A stretch of 64,000 bases of DNA from a phage: NCBI GenBank assembly GCA_037574385.1, contig GCA_037574385.1_4529.1, one strand, 5' to 3'. The notes below the pieces were generated by a model that was not told the origin of the DNA, made no database searches, and was given only the letters and a program-made list of their open reading frames with translations. Positions 1 to 13,892 of this stretch are shown piece by piece; within the stretch, counting starts at the first letter, position 1; each line of letters opens with the position of its first letter. A program made the position numbers and the translations under genes.

Positions 1-363
1 CCCGATGGAAGCCCTGTTATTGTAAAAGTTTATGGACTTCCTGTTAATGCTACTGTAGGTATGACCGCCGACGAATTTGTTGTACAATTACGTACTACTC
101 TCCGGAATGCGATTTCCGACCAATTGGCTATTGCAGAGTATAAAGATGACCCTACTGTTGGGACTAAATTACAAATAACATATTTAGATAACCAAAGACA
201 CGTACTCCCAACGTATTCCTCTTATGGTATCACGGTTTCTCAAGAAATAGTGTCTCAGGCTAAGTCCGGGTACGGCACTTGGAATTTACTAGGTGCGCAA
301 ACCATTACTCTTGACAACCATATTTCACCTACAACCTTTTATTATTTTGTGAGAACCGCATGA
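1..363 (+). CDS. 11: baseplate wedge / short tail fibre attachment protein gp11, C-terminal fragment (5' end outside window)
   Basis: Frame 1 open from base 1; stop overlaps gp12 start (ATGA); sits immediately upstream of gene 12 as in T4. Assigned by synteny, not by recognised sequence. Confidence 0.7.
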   Translation, partial: PDGSPVIVKVYGLPVNATVGMTADEFVVQLRTTLRNAISDQLAIAEYKDDPTVGTKLQITYLDNQRHVLPTYSSYGITVSQEIVSQAKSGYGTWNLLGAQTITLDNHISPTTFYYFVRTA

Positions 364-1910
364 GTAACAATACATATCAACACGTTTCGAACGAATCTGT
401 ATATGTTGAATTTGACCCGGTAGGGTCAAATTTTGATAGTTCAATAACCAATGTCCAGGCAGCCTTAGCCTCAATTAGCGCATATGGTGTTAAAGGTGTT
501 CCAGACGCAAGCGAAGCAGAAAAAGGTGTAATTCAATTAGCGACAGAACAAGAAGTTCTTGATGGATTTAATAGTACTAAAGCCGTTACACCCGCCACAT
601 TAAATGCAAGACTTCAGTATCCGAACGCGTCAGAAACACAATACGGTGTAACTAAATACGCAACACAAGAGGAAGCCATTGCCGGCACTTTAGACACTGT
701 TTCTATTACTCCGCTTAAATTAAACCAAACTATTGATAACACGTTCTCTACTCGTTATTCCACCGAAACAACTAATGGTGTTATTAAAATTGCAACTCAA
801 ACCGCTGCACTTGCCGGGTCTGATGATACCACAGCAATGACACCGCTTAAAACTCAGCAATTAGCAATAAAATTAATTTCTCAAATAGCTCCTAATAACG
901 ACCCGGCTTCGGAAGCTATTACTGGCGTTGTGCGTTTAGCTACAGTGGCCCAAACACGTCAAGGAACTCTTCGCGAAGGATATGCAATTTCCCCATATAC
1001 CTTTATGAATTCTGTTGCAACACAAGAATATAAAGGTGTTATACGTCTAGGAACACAAACGGAAATTAATAGTAATTTAGGAGATGTTGCTGTAACAGGT
1101 GAAACGCTAAATGGTAGAGGAGCTACCGGTTCTATGCGCGGAGTCGTAAAATTAACGACGCAGGCCGGTGTTGCACCAGAAGGCGATAGCTCTGGAGCAT
1201 TAGCATGGAACGCAGATGTAATTAATACACGCGGTGGGCAAACTATTAATGGTTCTTTAAATTTAGACCATCTCACAGCAAACGGAATTTGGTCACGTGG
1301 CGGAATGTGGAAAAACGGTGACCAGCCGGTTGCAACAGAGCGATATGCATCTGAACGTGTTCCTGTTGGAACAATTCAAATGTTCGCAGGTGATAGCGCT
1401 CCTCCAGGTTGGGTTTTATGTCATGGTGGGACCGTTTCTGGGAACCAATTTCCGGACTATCGAAATGTGGTTGGAACGAGATTTGGCGGTGATTGGAATA
1501 ATCCTGGAATTCCAGACATGCGCGGTCTTTTTGTTAGAGGAGCTGGTACAGGCAGCCATATTTTAAATAATCGCGGCCAAGACGGCTATGGAAAGGATAG
1601 ATTAGGTGTAGGATGTGACGGTATGCATGTTGGTGGTGTCCAAGCACAGCAAATGTCATATCATAAACACGCTGGTGGATGGGGTGAATATCAACGTCAT
1701 GAGGCACCGTTCGGAGCATCCGTATATCAAGGTTATTTGGGTACTAGAAAATACTCTGATTGGGATAACGCATCGTATTTCACAAATGACGGCTTCGAAT
1801 TAGGCGGTCACCGCGACGCAACAGGCACTCTTAACCGTGAAGGACTTATCGGATATGAGACTCGTCCATGGAATATATCTTTAAATTATATTATTAAAGT
1901 CCATTACTAA
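360..1910 (+). CDS. 12: short tail fibre protein gp12
   Basis: 516 aa; N-terminus [13 protein letters not shown], repeated G(V/I)xxLAT motifs and C-terminal [13 protein letters not shown] match T4 gp12 as recalled. Confidence 0.95.
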   Translation: MSNNTYQHVSNESVYVEFDPVGSNFDSSITNVQAALASISAYGVKGVPDASEAEKGVIQLATEQEVLDGFNSTKAVTPATLNARLQYPNASETQYGVTKYATQEEAIAGTLDTVSITPLKLNQTIDNTFSTRYSTETTNGVIKIATQTAALAGSDDTTAMTPLKTQQLAIKLISQIAPNNDPASEAITGVVRLATVAQTRQGTLREGYAISPYTFMNSVATQEYKGVIRLGTQTEINSNLGDVAVTGETLNGRGATGSMRGVVKLTTQAGVAPEGDSSGALAWNADVINTRGGQTINGSLNLDHLTANGIWSRGGMWKNGDQPVATERYASERVPVGTIQMFAGDSAPPGWVLCHGGTVSGNQFPDYRNVVGTRFGGDWNNPGIPDMRGLFVRGAGTGSHILNNRGQDGYGKDRLGVGCDGMHVGGVQAQQMSYHKHAGGWGEYQRHEAPFGASVYQGYLGTRKYSDWDNASYFTNDGFELGGHRDATGTLNREGLIGYETRPWNISLNYIIKVHY

Positions 1911-1919
1911 GGGTAAAAA

Positions 1920-3362
1920 ATGATCGAATTAAAAAGTCTACCATACGTTGATGGCCCTCCTGATGAGGGTCAAAAACGTTTAAACTGGATTAAAAATTCA
2001 GAAGAAATAACTGGCGCTGATACGTTATACGGTTCTGAAGGAGTAATGAACCGTCCAATAACAGAAGTTCAACGAAATGTAGAAACAATTAACGATAACG
2101 TTAAGACTATCGCAGAATCTTTAGATACCGCTAATGCTGATATTGTCACAATTAAAAGTATCTTAGATGTTTCTGGTGATGTAGATGCTTTAGCACAAAT
2201 TGGACATAACACTGATGATATTGAAGTATTAAAACACACTGTAAATTCACACAGTGTTGATATTTTAAACACTGAAGAAAAACTAGATGATACTATTGCT
2301 AATATCGGAGTAGTTAATCCAGAAACAGATTCAGTGTATCGTACGGTGCGTAACGACCTTCTTTGGATTAAAACCGAATTAGGGCAATATACTGGGCAAG
2401 ATATTAATGGTGTCCCAACCGAAGGTAATGAAAGCACCGGCATGAAACGACGTATTATTACTAACAGCTCAGTGTTGGTTGACCAAGGCGTTCGTTTAAC
2501 TGAGTTAGAAAATAAATTTGCCGATTCTGATGTTGGGGCTCTGACAACCGAAGTTGAAAACCTCCGTCAAGAAATAGGTCCTAGACCATCGTTAACAGTA
2601 CCGGTTTACACTCGTTTATCCGGTATTGATTCATCCATTTCTATCCAAACTAGAGATATTGCGGCATTAAAAGATTTTGTTGGATATCCTAATTCAACCG
2701 CTATTAAAACTCAAGTCGAGGCCAATCGTCTTTCTATATCAACAATAAATTCAGACATTAACTCGCCTGGCGGTATTAAACCACGTTTGACAACGTTAGA
2801 AACTACTATAGGCTCCCCAGATTTACCAACTACTCTTCAGGGTAGGATCAAATTAAATACCGATTCCATTTCAGGTATTAACACAGTTTTAGGTGTTGAT
2901 TCTTCTAGTGGTTTACGTTTTAATGTAGCATGGCTTAATCAGGTGGTTGGCGTTGATTCAAATGGTGGACAACCCGAACCGGCTGGTTCACTTTTATATA
3001 GGACTCGTATTCTTGAAACTGGTGTTACTGACCTAGACAATAACATTCAAAACGTTCAAACCGAATTGGGAACTAATTCGTCAGGTATTAAAGGACAAGT
3101 AACTAGTTTAAATAAACTTATAAGCGGCACTAACCCAAATGGTCAAACCATAGAAGAACGTGGTATATTGCCAACAGTTAAAAACCATGACACAACAATT
3201 ATGGCTTTAACTACGCGTGTTACCACTTTAGAAACCGACCTTGCTGCAGCAGAAGCAGAAATTCAGGCCCTTAAAGAGGCTGGATATATTGAAGATGCTC
3301 CTTCAGACGGTAAATTCTATGTTCGCAAAGATGGTGCATGGGTTGAACTTCCTACAGCTTAA
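1920..3362 (+). CDS. wac: fibritin (whisker / neck fibre)
   Basis: 480 aa; C-terminal foldon GYIEDAPSDGKFYVRKDGAWVELPT; position after gene 12. Confidence 0.95.
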   Translation: MIELKSLPYVDGPPDEGQKRLNWIKNSEEITGADTLYGSEGVMNRPITEVQRNVETINDNVKTIAESLDTANADIVTIKSILDVSGDVDALAQIGHNTDDIEVLKHTVNSHSVDILNTEEKLDDTIANIGVVNPETDSVYRTVRNDLLWIKTELGQYTGQDINGVPTEGNESTGMKRRIITNSSVLVDQGVRLTELENKFADSDVGALTTEVENLRQEIGPRPSLTVPVYTRLSGIDSSISIQTRDIAALKDFVGYPNSTAIKTQVEANRLSISTINSDINSPGGIKPRLTTLETTIGSPDLPTTLQGRIKLNTDSISGINTVLGVDSSSGLRFNVAWLNQVVGVDSNGGQPEPAGSLLYRTRILETGVTDLDNNIQNVQTELGTNSSGIKGQVTSLNKLISGTNPNGQTIEERGILPTVKNHDTTIMALTTRVTTLETDLAAAEAEIQALKEAGYIEDAPSDGKFYVRKDGAWVELPTA

Positions 3363-3368
3363 TGAAAA

Positions 3369-3382
3369 GGGCCTTCGGGCCC
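3369..3382 (+). terminator. stem-loop GGGCC-UUCG-GGCCC downstream of wac
   Basis: GC stem with UUCG tetraloop directly after wac stop; also overlaps the gene 13 RBS region. Confidence 0.5.
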
Positions 3383-3394
3383 TAAAGGATTTAT

Positions 3395-4321
3395 ATGTCA
3401 GGTTATAATGCACAAAACCCTAAAGAATTAAAGGATGTAATATTACGTCGTTTAGGCGCTCCTATTGTAAATGTCGAATTAACTACAGACCAAATTTATG
3501 ATTGTATTTCACGAGCGTTAGAACTTTATGGCGAATACCATTTTGACGGGTTGAATAAAGGTTTCCATGTATTTTTTGTTGATGACGAAGAAAAATACCG
3601 TCACGGCGTATTTGATATGCGTGGTTCTAATGTATTTGCTGTAACAAGAATTATAAGAACAAACGTTGGCTCTATTACTTCAATGGATGGTAACGCAACT
3701 TATCCATGGTTCACTGATTTCCTTTTAGGAATGGCAGGCGTTTCTGGTGGTATGGGTAGTAATTGTGGTAAATTCTACGGTCCGAACGCTTTTGGTGCCG
3801 ACCTCGGGTATTATTCTCAATTAGTATCTTATATGGGTATGCTTCAAGATATGATTGCTCCTCTTCCAGATTTTTGGTTTAACTCTGCAAACGAGCAATT
3901 AAAAGTAATGGGTAACTTTAGACAGAAAGATGTTATTATCGTTGAATCGTATGTTCGCTCTTATATTGAGACACATAAGATGGTAGGAAATACAGTAGGT
4001 TATGGTCAGGTCGGTCCTCGTGATTCATGGTCTATTTCTGAACGTTATGATAATCCAGACCATAATTTAGTCGGACGTCGAGTTGGTGAAGATCCTGCAA
4101 CTAAACAAGGCGCATATAACAACCGCTGGGTTAAAGATTATGCAACTGCATTAGCTAAAGAGCTTAATGGACAAATTCTTGCTAAACATCAAGGTATGAT
4201 GTTACCTGGTGGTGTCACTGTTGATGGTGTTCGATTAATTGAAGAAGCCCGTTTAGAGAAAGAAGCTTTACGAGAAGAGTTATATTTACTGGACCCTCCT
4301 GCAGGTATTTTGGTAGGTTAA
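3395..4321 (+). CDS. 13: neck protein gp13
   Basis: 308 aa, collinear with T4 gp13 ([23 protein letters not shown]...). Confidence 0.93.
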   Translation: MSGYNAQNPKELKDVILRRLGAPIVNVELTTDQIYDCISRALELYGEYHFDGLNKGFHVFFVDDEEKYRHGVFDMRGSNVFAVTRIIRTNVGSITSMDGNATYPWFTDFLLGMAGVSGGMGSNCGKFYGPNAFGADLGYYSQLVSYMGMLQDMIAPLPDFWFNSANEQLKVMGNFRQKDVIIVESYVRSYIETHKMVGNTVGYGQVGPRDSWSISERYDNPDHNLVGRRVGEDPATKQGAYNNRWVKDYATALAKELNGQILAKHQGMMLPGGVTVDGVRLIEEARLEKEALREELYLLDPPAGILVG

Positions 4322-4322
4322 T

Positions 4323-5087
4323 ATGGCGACTTATGATAAAAATCTTTTCGCCAAACTAGAAAATCGCGGCGGGTATTCTCAGACAAATGAGACCGAAATC
4401 CTCAATCCATTTGTCAATTTTAATAACTATGAGAATAGTCAGACATTAGCTGATGTTCTAGTGGCAGAAAGCATACAAATGCGCGGTATTGAATGTTTTT
4501 ATGTTCCACGTGAATATGTTGCAGTGGATCTTATCTTTGGTGAGGACCTTAAAAATAAATTTACTAAAGCATGGAAATTTGCTGCGTATCTGAACTCTTT
4601 TGAAGGTTATGAAGGAGCGAAATCGTTCTTCAGCAACTTCGGAATGCAAGTTCAAGATGAAGTTACATTATCTATTAACCCAGGTCTTTTCAAACACCAG
4701 GTTAACAATCAGGAGCCTAAGGAAGGTGATTTAATATACTTCCCAATGGATAACAGTTTGTTTGAGATTAACTGGGTTGAACCATATGACCCATTCTATC
4801 AAGTAGGTAAAAATGCAATTCGTAAAATTACTGCAGGCAAGTTTATTTACTCTGGCGAAGAAATCAATCCGGTGCTTCAGAAAAATGAAGGTATCAATAT
4901 ACCTGAATTTAGTGACTTGGAACTTAACCCTGTTAGAAATCTTGACGGTATCCATGACATTAATATCGATGAATATTCTGAAGTTGAGCAAATCAATTCA
5001 GAGGCAAGTGAATACGTTGAGCCGTATGTAGTAGTTAACAACCGTGGTAGACAAAATTCACCATTTGACGATGGGTTTATGAATTAA
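4323..5087 (+). CDS. 14: neck protein gp14
   Basis: 254 aa, T4 gp14-like N-terminus [15 protein letters not shown]; synteny. Confidence 0.92.
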   Translation: MATYDKNLFAKLENRGGYSQTNETEILNPFVNFNNYENSQTLADVLVAESIQMRGIECFYVPREYVAVDLIFGEDLKNKFTKAWKFAAYLNSFEGYEGAKSFFSNFGMQVQDEVTLSINPGLFKHQVNNQEPKEGDLIYFPMDNSLFEINWVEPYDPFYQVGKNAIRKITAGKFIYSGEEINPVLQKNEGINIPEFSDLELNPVRNLDGIHDINIDEYSEVEQINSEASEYVEPYVVVNNRGRQNSPFDDGFMN

Positions 5088-5136
5088 TAAATAGATAAGA
5101 TAAAGCAAACACCGGTCGAAAGGCCGGTTAGGAGAA

Positions 5137-5961
5137 ATGATGTTTGGTTATTTTTACAACTCGTCGTTCAGGCGATATATCACAATGATGGGCGATTTGT
5201 TTTCAAATATCCAAGTTAACCGTCAATTGTCTACAGGCAATAAATTAATTAGAGTTCCTATTACGTATGCATCTAAAGAGCACTTTATGATGAAACTTAA
5301 TAAATGGACCTCTATAAACTCACAAGAAGATGTGGCTAAAGTCGAAACTATTCTACCACGTATAAATCTCCAAATGGTAGATTTCGTTTATAACCCGACT
5401 TTTAAAACGAATATATTGAATAACTCTCTTTTGAGTAAATCGACTAAGGATATTGTAGACCAATACAACCCATCACCAATTAAAATGATTTTTGAACTGA
5501 GCATCTTTACTCGTTATGAAGATGATATGTTTCAAATCGTTGAGCAAATTATTCCGTATTTTCAGCCGCATTTTAATACGACTATGATTGAGCAGTATGG
5601 ACAGGATATTCCATTTGAAAGGGATATTAAAGTCGTATGGATGTCAGCAGCAATGGATGAACAAATAGATGGTGATAATTTATCCCGTCGACGTTTAGAG
5701 TGGTCATTAACATTTGAAGTAAATGGATGGATGTATCCTCCGGTAGGCGCAGCCGAAGGCCTTATTAAAACGACTTATCTTGATTTTCATGCTAATGAAC
5801 GAGACCTTCAAACAGCCGCCAGTGTTTTTGAATCAGTTGATACAGAAATTAAACCGAGAGACGTTGAAGCACAAGATTGGAATGGTGAAGTTGAACAAAC
5901 TTATACTCATGATATTCCAATCCCGACTCCACCAACCCCTCCTGGTCCTAGAAAACAATAA
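5137..5961 (+). CDS. 15: tail sheath stabiliser / tail completion protein gp15
   Basis: 274 aa; MFGYFYNSSFRRY... matches T4 gp15; start may be the second ATG at 5140. Confidence 0.93.
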   Translation: MMFGYFYNSSFRRYITMMGDLFSNIQVNRQLSTGNKLIRVPITYASKEHFMMKLNKWTSINSQEDVAKVETILPRINLQMVDFVYNPTFKTNILNNSLLSKSTKDIVDQYNPSPIKMIFELSIFTRYEDDMFQIVEQIIPYFQPHFNTTMIEQYGQDIPFERDIKVVWMSAAMDEQIDGDNLSRRRLEWSLTFEVNGWMYPPVGAAEGLIKTTYLDFHANERDLQTAASVFESVDTEIKPRDVEAQDWNGEVEQTYTHDIPIPTPPTPPGPRKQ

Positions 5962-8287
<2,326 letters not shown>

Positions 8288-8314
8288 AAATAAAGCAAAT
8301 TAAGAGGAATTAAA

Positions 8315-10297
8315 ATGGCACTTCTCTCTCCGGGCGTTGAGCTCAAAGAAACTACCGTACAGAGTACTGTAGTTAATAACTCCACTGGTACTGCTGCCCT
8401 GGCTGGAAAATTCCAATGGGGACCTGCATTCCAGATTAAACAAATCACCGATGAAGTTGCGTTGGTTGATATGTTTGGTACTCCTAACACAGACACCGCA
8501 GATTATTTCATGTCTGCTATGAACTTCCTTCAATATGGTAATGACCTTCGTGTTGTACGCGCTGTTGATCGTGATACTGCTAAGAACTCATCTCCTGTGG
8601 CAGGAAACATTAATTTTACTATTTCTTCGGCTGGCACCAACTACAGAGTCGGTGATAAAGTTGTAGTTAAATATTCTACAGATGTTATCGAACCAGACGG
8701 TGAAGTTACTTCGGTTGATTCTGACGGTAAAATTTTGAATATCTTTATTCCTTCAGGTAAAATTATCGCTAAAGCGAAAGAAATCGGCGAATATCCTGAA
8801 TTAGGTTCAAACTGGACTGCCGAAATGTCTGGGTCTTCTTCTGGTCTATCTGCAGTAATTACTATTGATTCCGTTGTAATGGATTCTGGTATTCTGTTGA
8901 CTGAAGTTGAAACTTCAGAAGAAGCTATTACTTCTCTAACTTTCCAAGAATCTATTAAAAAATATGGTGTCCCGGGTGTAGTTGCTCTTTATCCAGGTGA
9001 ACTTGGAGACCAGCTCGAAATTGAAATCGTATCTAAAGCAGACTATGACAAAGGTGCTTCAGCCCAGTTAAAAATTTATCCTGATGGTGGCACTCGTTAT
9101 TCTACTGCTAAAGCAATCTTTGGGTACGGTCCACAGACCGATGACCAATATGCAATTATCGTTCGTCGCAACGACGCGGTAGTCCAGAGCGTAGTTCTTT
9201 CTACTAAACGTGGTGAACGAGATATTTATGGTAGCAATATCTTCATTGACGATTTCTTTGCTAAAGGCGCAAGCAATTATATTTTCGCTACGGCACAAGG
9301 TTGGCCAAAAGGTTTCTCTGGCGTAATCAAACTGAATGGTGGCTTATCATCTAATGAAACGGTTGAAGCCGGTGATTTAATGGAAGCTTGGGATTTGTTT
9401 GCTGACCGCGAATCTGTTAATGCGCAGTTGTTTATTGCCGGTTCTTGTGCAGGCGAATCTTTAGAAGTTGCTTCCACTGTTCAGAAACATGTTGTAGCAA
9501 TTGGTGATTCTCGCCAAGATTGTTTGGTTCTTTGCTCACCGCCACGTGCAACTATAGTCGGTATTCCTGTTAATCGTGCAGTTGATAATCTGGTTGATTG
9601 GCGTACTGCGTCAGGAACTTACACCGATAATAACTTTAATGTAAGTTCTACTTATGCTGCTATTGACGGTAACTATAAATATCAATATGACAAATATAAT
9701 GACGTGAATCGTTGGGTTCCATTAGCTGCTGATATCGCTGGTCTTTGTGCTCGCACAGACAATATTTCTCAGCCTTGGATGTCTCCTGCCGGTTATAACC
9801 GTGGACAAATTCTTAACGTTATTAAGCTTGCAATTGAAACTCGCCAAGCGCAGCGTGATCGTTTATATCAGGAAGCTATTAACCCTGTTACTGGTACTGG
9901 TGGTGATGGGTATGTTCTGTACGGTGATAAAACTGCCACTTCTGTTCCTTCGCCATTTGACCGTATTAACGTTCGTCGTTTGTTCAATATGGTTAAAACG
10001 AACATTGGTTCAGCATCTAAATATCGCCTGTTTGAATTGAACAACGCATTTACCCGTTCTTCTTTCCGTACAGAGACTTCTCAATATCTACAGGGTATTA
10101 AAGCTCTCGGTGGTGTATATAACTTTAAAGTTGTTTGTGATACTACCAATAACACCCCGGCAGTTATCGACCGTAATGAATTTGTAGCTACTTTCTACTT
10201 ACAACCTGCCCGCTCGATAAATTATATTACGTTGAACTTTGTAGCAACAGCAACTGGTGCTGATTTCGACGAACTAATTGGTGCTGTAGGTGGCTAA
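8315..10297 (+). CDS. 18: tail sheath protein gp18
   Basis: 660 aa; T4 gp18 length and sequence pattern; synteny. Confidence 0.96.
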   Translation: MALLSPGVELKETTVQSTVVNNSTGTAALAGKFQWGPAFQIKQITDEVALVDMFGTPNTDTADYFMSAMNFLQYGNDLRVVRAVDRDTAKNSSPVAGNINFTISSAGTNYRVGDKVVVKYSTDVIEPDGEVTSVDSDGKILNIFIPSGKIIAKAKEIGEYPELGSNWTAEMSGSSSGLSAVITIDSVVMDSGILLTEVETSEEAITSLTFQESIKKYGVPGVVALYPGELGDQLEIEIVSKADYDKGASAQLKIYPDGGTRYSTAKAIFGYGPQTDDQYAIIVRRNDAVVQSVVLSTKRGERDIYGSNIFIDDFFAKGASNYIFATAQGWPKGFSGVIKLNGGLSSNETVEAGDLMEAWDLFADRESVNAQLFIAGSCAGESLEVASTVQKHVVAIGDSRQDCLVLCSPPRATIVGIPVNRAVDNLVDWRTASGTYTDNNFNVSSTYAAIDGNYKYQYDKYNDVNRWVPLAADIAGLCARTDNISQPWMSPAGYNRGQILNVIKLAIETRQAQRDRLYQEAINPVTGTGGDGYVLYGDKTATSVPSPFDRINVRRLFNMVKTNIGSASKYRLFELNNAFTRSSFRTETSQYLQGIKALGGVYNFKVVCDTTNNTPAVIDRNEFVATFYLQPARSINYITLNFVATATGADFDELIGAVGG

Positions 10298-10308
10298 TAA
10301 GACGCCTG

Positions 10309-10330
10309 ATGGGCTATTTAGGTAGCCCAT
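10309..10330 (+). terminator. 8-bp stem-loop AUGGGCUA/UAGCCCAU after gene 18
   Basis: Perfect inverted repeat 12 nt after gp18 stop, abutting the gene 19 late promoter. Confidence 0.5.
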
Positions 10331-10337
10331 ATAAATA
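10330..10337 (+). promoter_or_regulatory. late promoter TATAAATA for gene 19
   Basis: Exact TATAAATA about 70 nt upstream of gp19 ATG. Confidence 0.65.
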
Positions 10338-10362
10338 TACTATATCGTTTAAAAATTAATTC

Positions 10363-10392
10363 TATGGGCATCCGGTTAATCCTAAGCCCATA
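10363..10392 (+). promoter_or_regulatory. stem-loop in gene 19 5' leader
   Basis: Inverted repeat UAUGGGC...GCCCAUA with the same stem sequence as the upstream hairpin. Confidence 0.4.
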
Positions 10393-10409
10393 TTACTACA
10401 GAGGCTAAT

Positions 10410-10901
10410 ATGTTTGTAGATGACGTAACTCGTGCCTTCGAATCTGGTGATTTCGCTCGCCCTAACCTGTTCGAAGTAGAAATCTCTTATCTTGGGCAAA
10501 ACTTTAGCTTCCAGTGTCGTGCTACGGCTCTTCCTGCTGCGATCGTTGAAAAGGTTCCTGTTTCTTATATGAACCGTAAAATTAACGTGGCCGGTGACCG
10601 TACATTTGACGATTGGACTATTACAGTAATGAATGACGATGCTCATAGTATTCGTCAGAAATTTGTTGATTGGCAAGGTATTGCAGCAGGACAAGGTAAT
10701 GAAATTACCGGTGGTAAACCTGCTGAATATAAAAAGACTGCTATCGTTCGTCAATTTGCTCGTGATGCTAAAACGGTCACTAAAGAAGTTGAAATTGTTG
10801 GCTTGTGGCCTACTAACGTTGGCGAAGTATCTCTTGACTGGGACAGCAATAACGAGATTGAAACGTTCGAAGTAACTCTTGCTCTTGATTGGTGGGAATA
10901 A
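10410..10901 (+). CDS. 19: tail tube protein gp19
   Basis: 163 aa; MFVDDVTRAFESGDFARPNLF... as T4 gp19. Confidence 0.97.
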   Translation: MFVDDVTRAFESGDFARPNLFEVEISYLGQNFSFQCRATALPAAIVEKVPVSYMNRKINVAGDRTFDDWTITVMNDDAHSIRQKFVDWQGIAAGQGNEITGGKPAEYKKTAIVRQFARDAKTVTKEVEIVGLWPTNVGEVSLDWDSNNEIETFEVTLALDWWE

Positions 10902-10907
10902 TCTGGT

Positions 10908-10923
10908 TGGGGAGAAATCCCCA
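10908..10923 (+). other. stem-loop UGGGGA-GAAA-UCCCCA downstream of gene 19
   Basis: 6-bp GC-rich stem with GNRA loop; no U-tract, so probably an RNA stability or processing element rather than an intrinsic terminator. Confidence 0.4.
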
Positions 10924-10949
10924 GCTTCCCGTGATGACGGAGAAGTCCA

Positions 10950-10957
10950 TATAAATA
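10950..10957 (+). promoter_or_regulatory. late promoter TATAAATA for gene 20
   Basis: Exact TATAAATA about 28 nt upstream of gp20 ATG. Confidence 0.7.
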
Positions 10958-10985
10958 TAACTATAATTCCCATTCGGAGAATACA

Positions 10986-12557
10986 ATGAAATTTAATATC
11001 TTAAGTTTGTTTGCTCCATGGGCAAAAATGGACGAACGTGATTACAAAGACCAAGAAAAAGAAAATTTAGAATCGATTACCACACCAAAATTAGATGATG
11101 GTGCTAAAGAATACGAAGTATCTGAAAATGAAGCACAGCAAACATATAATGCTATGTTTCAGAGAATGTTTGGTAGCCAAGAACCAGGGCTCAAATCAAC
11201 CCGTGAATTAATCGATACATACCGAAATTTGATGACGAACTATGAAGTAGACAATGCAGTCTCTGAAATAGTTTCCGATGCTATCGTATACGAAGATGAT
11301 ACAGAAGTCGTTTCTATAAATTTAGACAACACAAAATTTAGTCCAAATATCAAATCAATGATGTTGGATGAATTTAACGAAGTGTTAAATCATTTATCTT
11401 TCCAACGTAAAGGTTCAGACCATTTTAGACGTTGGTATGTGGATTCTCGAATTTTCTTCCATAAAATTATTGACCCTAAACGCCCTAAAGAAGGTATTAA
11501 AGAGCTTCGTCGTTTAGACCCACGTCAAGTTCAATATGTCCGTGAAGTTATTACAACCACTGAAGCCGGTGTTAAAATAGTCAAGGGTTATAAAGAATAT
11601 TTCATTTATGACACATCACACGAATCTTATGCTTGTGACGGTCGCATATATGAAGCTGGCACAAAAATAAAAATCCCTAAAGCCGCGATTGTTTATGCCC
11701 ATTCTGGTTTAGTTGATTGTTGTGGTAAAAATATCATTGGTTATTTGCATCGGGCTATTAAGCCGGCGAACCAATTAAAACTTCTTGAAGATGCTGTCGT
11801 AATTTATCGTATTACTCGTGCTCCCGATCGTCGTGTATGGTACGTTGATACAGGTAATATGCCTTCAAGAAAAGCAGCAGAACATATGCAACATGTTATG
11901 AATACGATGAAAAACCGTATTGCATATGATGCTACTACAGGCAAGATTAAAAACCAGCAGCATATTATGTCGATGACCGAAGATTATTGGTTACAACGAC
12001 GTGATGGTAAAGCAGTAACAGAAGTTGATACATTACCGGGGGCAGATAATACTGGAAATATGGAAGATGTACGTTGGTTCCGTAATGCGCTTTATATGGC
12101 TTTACGTATTCCAATTACCCGTATTCCAAGCGACCAAGGCGGTATACAGTTTGATGCCGGTACTTCTATTACACGAGATGAATTGACATTTGGTAAATTT
12201 ATTCGTGAGCTGCAACATAAATTTGAAGAGATATTCCTAGATCCGCTTAAAACTAATTTAATTCTTAAAGGAATTATTACAGAAGATGAGTGGAATGATG
12301 AAATAAATAATATTAAGATAAAATTTCATCGGGATAGTTATTTCTCGGAATTAAAGGATGCTGAGATTCTGGAGCGTCGCATTAATATGCTTCAGATGGC
12401 CGAACCATTTATTGGTAAATATATTTCCCACAGAACAGCTATGAAAGATATTCTTCAGATGTCTGACGAGGAAATTGAACAAGAGGCTAAGCAAATTGAA
12501 GAAGAGTCGAAAGAGGCTCGTTTCCAAGACCCCGACCAAGAACAAGAGGATTTTTAA
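10986..12557 (+). CDS. 20: portal vertex protein gp20
   Basis: 523 aa; [18 protein letters not shown]... as T4 gp20. Confidence 0.97.
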   Translation: MKFNILSLFAPWAKMDERDYKDQEKENLESITTPKLDDGAKEYEVSENEAQQTYNAMFQRMFGSQEPGLKSTRELIDTYRNLMTNYEVDNAVSEIVSDAIVYEDDTEVVSINLDNTKFSPNIKSMMLDEFNEVLNHLSFQRKGSDHFRRWYVDSRIFFHKIIDPKRPKEGIKELRRLDPRQVQYVREVITTTEAGVKIVKGYKEYFIYDTSHESYACDGRIYEAGTKIKIPKAAIVYAHSGLVDCCGKNIIGYLHRAIKPANQLKLLEDAVVIYRITRAPDRRVWYVDTGNMPSRKAAEHMQHVMNTMKNRIAYDATTGKIKNQQHIMSMTEDYWLQRRDGKAVTEVDTLPGADNTGNMEDVRWFRNALYMALRIPITRIPSDQGGIQFDAGTSITRDELTFGKFIRELQHKFEEIFLDPLKTNLILKGIITEDEWNDEINNIKIKFHRDSYFSELKDAEILERRINMLQMAEPFIGKYISHRTAMKDILQMSDEEIEQEAKQIEEESKEARFQDPDQEQEDF

Positions 12558-12793
12558 TGGACGATTTAATTCAAGCTATTAAATCAAACGACCTCGTTGC
12601 TACTCGAAAGTTTTTTGAAAGTGCAATGGCAGAAAAAACGGTTCGTTTGATTGAAGCACGCAAAGCAGAAATCGCTTCTCAATTTTTGATTGAAGGCGAA
12701 GAACCTGAAGAAGAAAAGAAAGCTAAAGCTTCGGAAGACGACGCTGATGAAGGCGATGACGACGAAGACGAAGATGATGAGGACGATGAATAA
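12557..12793 (+). CDS. 67: prohead core protein gp67
   Basis: 78 aa with acidic D/E-rich C-terminus; position between 20 and 68. Confidence 0.85.
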   Translation: MDDLIQAIKSNDLVATRKFFESAMAEKTVRLIEARKAEIASQFLIEGEEPEEEKKAKASEDDADEGDDDEDEDDEDDE

Positions 12794-13218
12794 TGTATCT
12801 TATCCCTGAATCTTATGAATTAGTACTCGAAAATGTCGAAGCACTTATTCCTGAAGCACAGGGCCGAATCGATGCATTGTCTTCTGCTCTCGATATTGAC
12901 GATATAAATACTATTATCGAGAACATGCTTGAAACTGAAACGGATTTAGCTGTTGCAATGGCTTCCATTATTAATGAAGAACAGTTAAATGAGTTTATCG
13001 TTAAACATGTTTCTTCTCGTGGTGAAGTCACCCGCACTAAAGACCGTAAAACTCGTGAACGTAACGCGTTCCAAACAACTGGTCTTTCTAAAGCAAAACG
13101 TAGACAAATCGCTCGTAAGGTCGTTAAAGCTAAAAAAGCTAACCCTTCAGGCCAAGTTAAAGGCTTGCGTAAGCGTAAAAAAGCTCTTAAACGTCGTAAA
13201 GCATTAGGATTAAGCTAA
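12793..13218 (+). CDS. 68: prohead core protein gp68
   Basis: 141 aa with basic C-terminal tail; synteny. Confidence 0.85.
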   Translation: MYLIPESYELVLENVEALIPEAQGRIDALSSALDIDDINTIIENMLETETDLAVAMASIINEEQLNEFIVKHVSSRGEVTRTKDRKTRERNAFQTTGLSKAKRRQIARKVVKAKKANPSGQVKGLRKRKKALKRRKALGLS

Positions 13219-13859
13219 TGAATAAACCCGAGTTACTTATTGAAACTTGGGGTCAACTCGGTGAGATTATTGATGGCGTTCCAATGTTGGAATCTCATGA
13301 TGGAAAAGATTCTGGCTTAAAACCAGGGCTTTATATAGAAGGTATTTTTCTTCAGGCAGAGGTTGTTAACCGAAATAAACGTTTATATCCTAAACGCGTT
13401 TTGGAAAAAGCAGTAAGTGACTATATTAAAGAACAAGTCGCAACTAAACAGGCCCTTGGAGAATTAAACCATCCACCTCGCGCAAATGTTGACCCTATGC
13501 AAGCCGCTATCATTATTGAAGATATGTGGTGGAAAGGAAACGATGTATATGGACGCGCTAGAATTATTGAAGGCGACCATGGTCCCGGCGATAAATTAGC
13601 TGCTAATATACGAGCTGGTTGGATTCCAGGTGTTTCCTCTCGTGGTCTTGGTTCTTTAACCGACACCAATAAAGGGTACCGTATCGTGAACGAAGGATTT
13701 AAATTAACCGTCGGCGTAGATGCCGTATGGGGACCTTCTGCTCCAGATGCTTGGGTTACTCCTAAACAAATATCAGAATCAGAAAATTCGGTGGAAATCA
13801 CCAAAAACAGTGCTGATGAAGCATTTAAAGCTCTCGCAGAGAGTTTAAAAGCATTATAA
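13218..13859 (+). CDS. 21: prohead core protease gp21
   Basis: 213 aa; LLIETWGQLGEIIDGVPMLESHDGKD... as T4 gp21. Confidence 0.96.
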   Translation: MNKPELLIETWGQLGEIIDGVPMLESHDGKDSGLKPGLYIEGIFLQAEVVNRNKRLYPKRVLEKAVSDYIKEQVATKQALGELNHPPRANVDPMQAAIIIEDMWWKGNDVYGRARIIEGDHGPGDKLAANIRAGWIPGVSSRGLGSLTDTNKGYRIVNEGFKLTVGVDAVWGPSAPDAWVTPKQISESENSVEITKNSADEAFKALAESLKAL

Positions 13860-13862
13860 ATA
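13855..13862 (+). promoter_or_regulatory. late promoter TATAAATA for gene 22
   Basis: Exact TATAAATA overlapping gp21 stop, about 30 nt upstream of gp22 ATG. Confidence 0.7.
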
Positions 13863-13892
13863 ATAATGTAATCTAAACCACAGGACACTAAA

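Noticed and set aside
10362-10973. 203-aa minus-strand ORF from the track
   Set aside because: Entirely antisense to the well-supported tail tube gene 19 and its promoter region; shadow ORF
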